Origin: Octopus vulgaris
Taxonomy: Eukaryota
Assembly (NCBI GenBank): GCA_951406725.2
Contig: OX597825.1
Coordinates: forward strand, 78,244,001-78,308,000
Direction: 5' to 3'
DNA length: 64,000 nt
In this document: positions 30,992 through 64,000 of the stretch, piece after piece
Position numbering within the stretch: position 1 is the first letter of the stretch
Layout of the letters: each line of letters opens with the position of its first letter
The notes under the pieces: model-generated
Told to the model about the DNA's origin: nothing
The model's database searches: none
The model's input: only the letters and a program-made list of their open reading frames with translations
Made by a program: the position numbers and the translations under genes

Positions 30992-31650
30992 TTGGAATGT
31001 AATAATTCCAGTGATTTGCATTGGTCAAAGCATATCTCTAAGATTGTCAGGAAGGCCGAGGGTGTCTTGGCATCACTCAGCAGGTCTTTTGTTAGTCGCT
31101 CTCCAGCCATCTATTTAAAACTGTATACAGCTATGGTACGACCACACTTGGAATTCGCATCATCAGTTTGGAACCCCTATCTTGCACAGAACATTGACCT
31201 CCTGGAATCTGTCCAGAGACGTGCAACCAAACGCATACCCTCCATCAGACACCTACCATATTCTGAGCGCCTTGTTTCCCTGGGCATGGATTCACTGAAG
31301 CTCCGGCGTTTGGCGACGGACTTGGTAAACACCCACAAAGTTATCAACCACCTCACCAACAACAACACTGAACACCTTTTTGATCTCCATGTGTCTAACA
31401 CACGTGGACATGCCTACAAAGTCAGAAAACAATACAGCTCCCATGACTTTCGGAAACATTTTTTCACGCTCAGAGTTGCTGAAGCATGGAATAAACTGCC
31501 TGCGTCAGTTGTTGACTGCCATGACACTGCATCTTTTAAGGCCCTCATGCTTTCCGAAATCCGCCGAAACTACACCTGATTATATATACACTTTAGATGA
31601 GTTGTAGTGCACCTGAGCACTGTACACAATTATTATTATTATTATTATTA
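30992..31650 (+). mobile_element. CR1-type LINE 3' fragment (RT C-terminal region) with (TTA)n tail
   Basis: LYTAMVRPHLEFASSVWNPY…LESVQRRATK…Y.ERL..LG..SL..RR…TRGH..K…FF..RV...WNKLP. Confidence 0.92.
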
Positions 31651-31711
31651 TTTTTTAAAAATTACAGAAAAATCAAAAGTTACTCATTTTGCCCCACCCC
31701 ATATCTTAGAC

Positions 31712-31925
31712 CAGTGCTTTTCAAACATTTTGCTGGAACCCCAAGGAAACATTCCACTGGCTCGAGGACCCCCTGTGCTATAATTCAATAGTCTTATGTA
31801 CACATATCTGCACAGGAGAATTAAAAATTACTGCCGATTTTAGTAGTTTTGTAACTTCTTGTGGAACCCCTGCACTGTACTGGCAGAACCCTATGGTTCC
31901 GCGGAACCCTGGTTGACAACCACTG
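31712..31925. mobile_element. Non-autonomous hAT-type MITE
   Basis: CAGTG…CACTG termini with a perfect 8-bp TSD TCTTAGAC (31704-31711 / 31926-31933). Confidence 0.88.
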
Positions 31926-31929
31926 TCTT

Positions 31930-32200
31930 AGACTATGTTAACAAAAAGTACAAGTTCTGCTGGGTTGGACTTGTCGCAAGGCTCACAGACAACAGATGGG
32001 ACCCGTGCAGTTTCCGAGTAGCCTCAGGACATCACAAAAGACTACTCGGGAAGCTTCCACGACAATGGGAAGACGATTTAGTTAAACGATTTTGGCTAAT
32101 ATGCAAAACAATAGGGCAACGAAGGATGAGTTGGAAGCGCATTGTGACCAGTGTTGTACAACAACTTGTAAAAAGCCTGGTCGATACAGAAATATATTAA
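31930..32200 (+). mobile_element. Degenerate RTE-like LINE 3' fragment
   Basis: K.WVG.VARLTDNRW…R..GK..RQWEDDL motif remnants. Confidence 0.6.
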
Positions 32201-32593
32201 CAAATGTGAACTGCACTCTTCAAAGACAGCAGAGTATAATTTGAGGGGAAAATGTGCTATTTCTAGCTGATCGATCGACCATGTAAAGCAGGTATGGGCA
32301 ACCTTTCCCTAGGAGAGGGTAGGACTATTAAGAAAATTACAGATTTTTCATTGGGCGTGCCATTCAGAAAGGGCTAAGGGCCGCAGGTTATAGAAACCTG
32401 ATTTAAAGGTCCTCTAGGTTTGGTTCGTCTAAGGGAAGTAACCTCCCCCTTGTGATATCCGGCTTCACTAGGAAGTAACTCTTTAATCTCAACACGTGTA
32501 GAGACGTGTTGATTGCTCGTAGTTTATTCTCAGCAATTATTTTATTTATTTTAATTCCATTTTTAAATCAAATTAATTAAAACACACACAGAC

Positions 32594-63928
<31,335 letters not shown>

Positions 63929-64000
63929 CAAAATATTAGGAACATTTATTCACATTCTTCATCTAAAGATTTCCAGAAAATGAACTTGTATTATGGCTCC

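Overview
AT-rich, microsatellite- and SINE-dense eukaryotic DNA. The repeat families and simple-repeat load suggest a coleoid cephalopod, probably Octopus (inference, not a database result). Two genes are supported. (1) A complete 17-exon NOP2/NSUN1 rRNA m5C methyltransferase gene on + (32594-63928; 2079 nt CDS, 692 aa). All exon phases are consistent only if intron 6 (41475-43557) is a U12-type AT-AC intron, apparently the counterpart of the classic human P120/NOP2 minor intron. (2) The first coding exon of a nicotinic acetylcholine receptor-like Cys-loop subunit on - (13682-13479); the rest lies beyond the left edge. Almost all other listed ORFs are microsatellite or SINE translations. The most striking unexplained signal is a set of hammerhead-ribozyme motifs in small elements inserted into (TA)n tracts, mostly in NOP2 introns. 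They include a fully base-paired, pseudoknotted, non-circularly permuted hammerhead (57141-57216), two long foldback elements whose arms carry minimal hammerheads (one with a compensatory U3-A8 core), a four-copy family of minimal dimer-type hammerheads, and a tRNA-headed element ending in a decayed hammerhead. All RNA structures were derived by eye; none has been folded computationally or tested.
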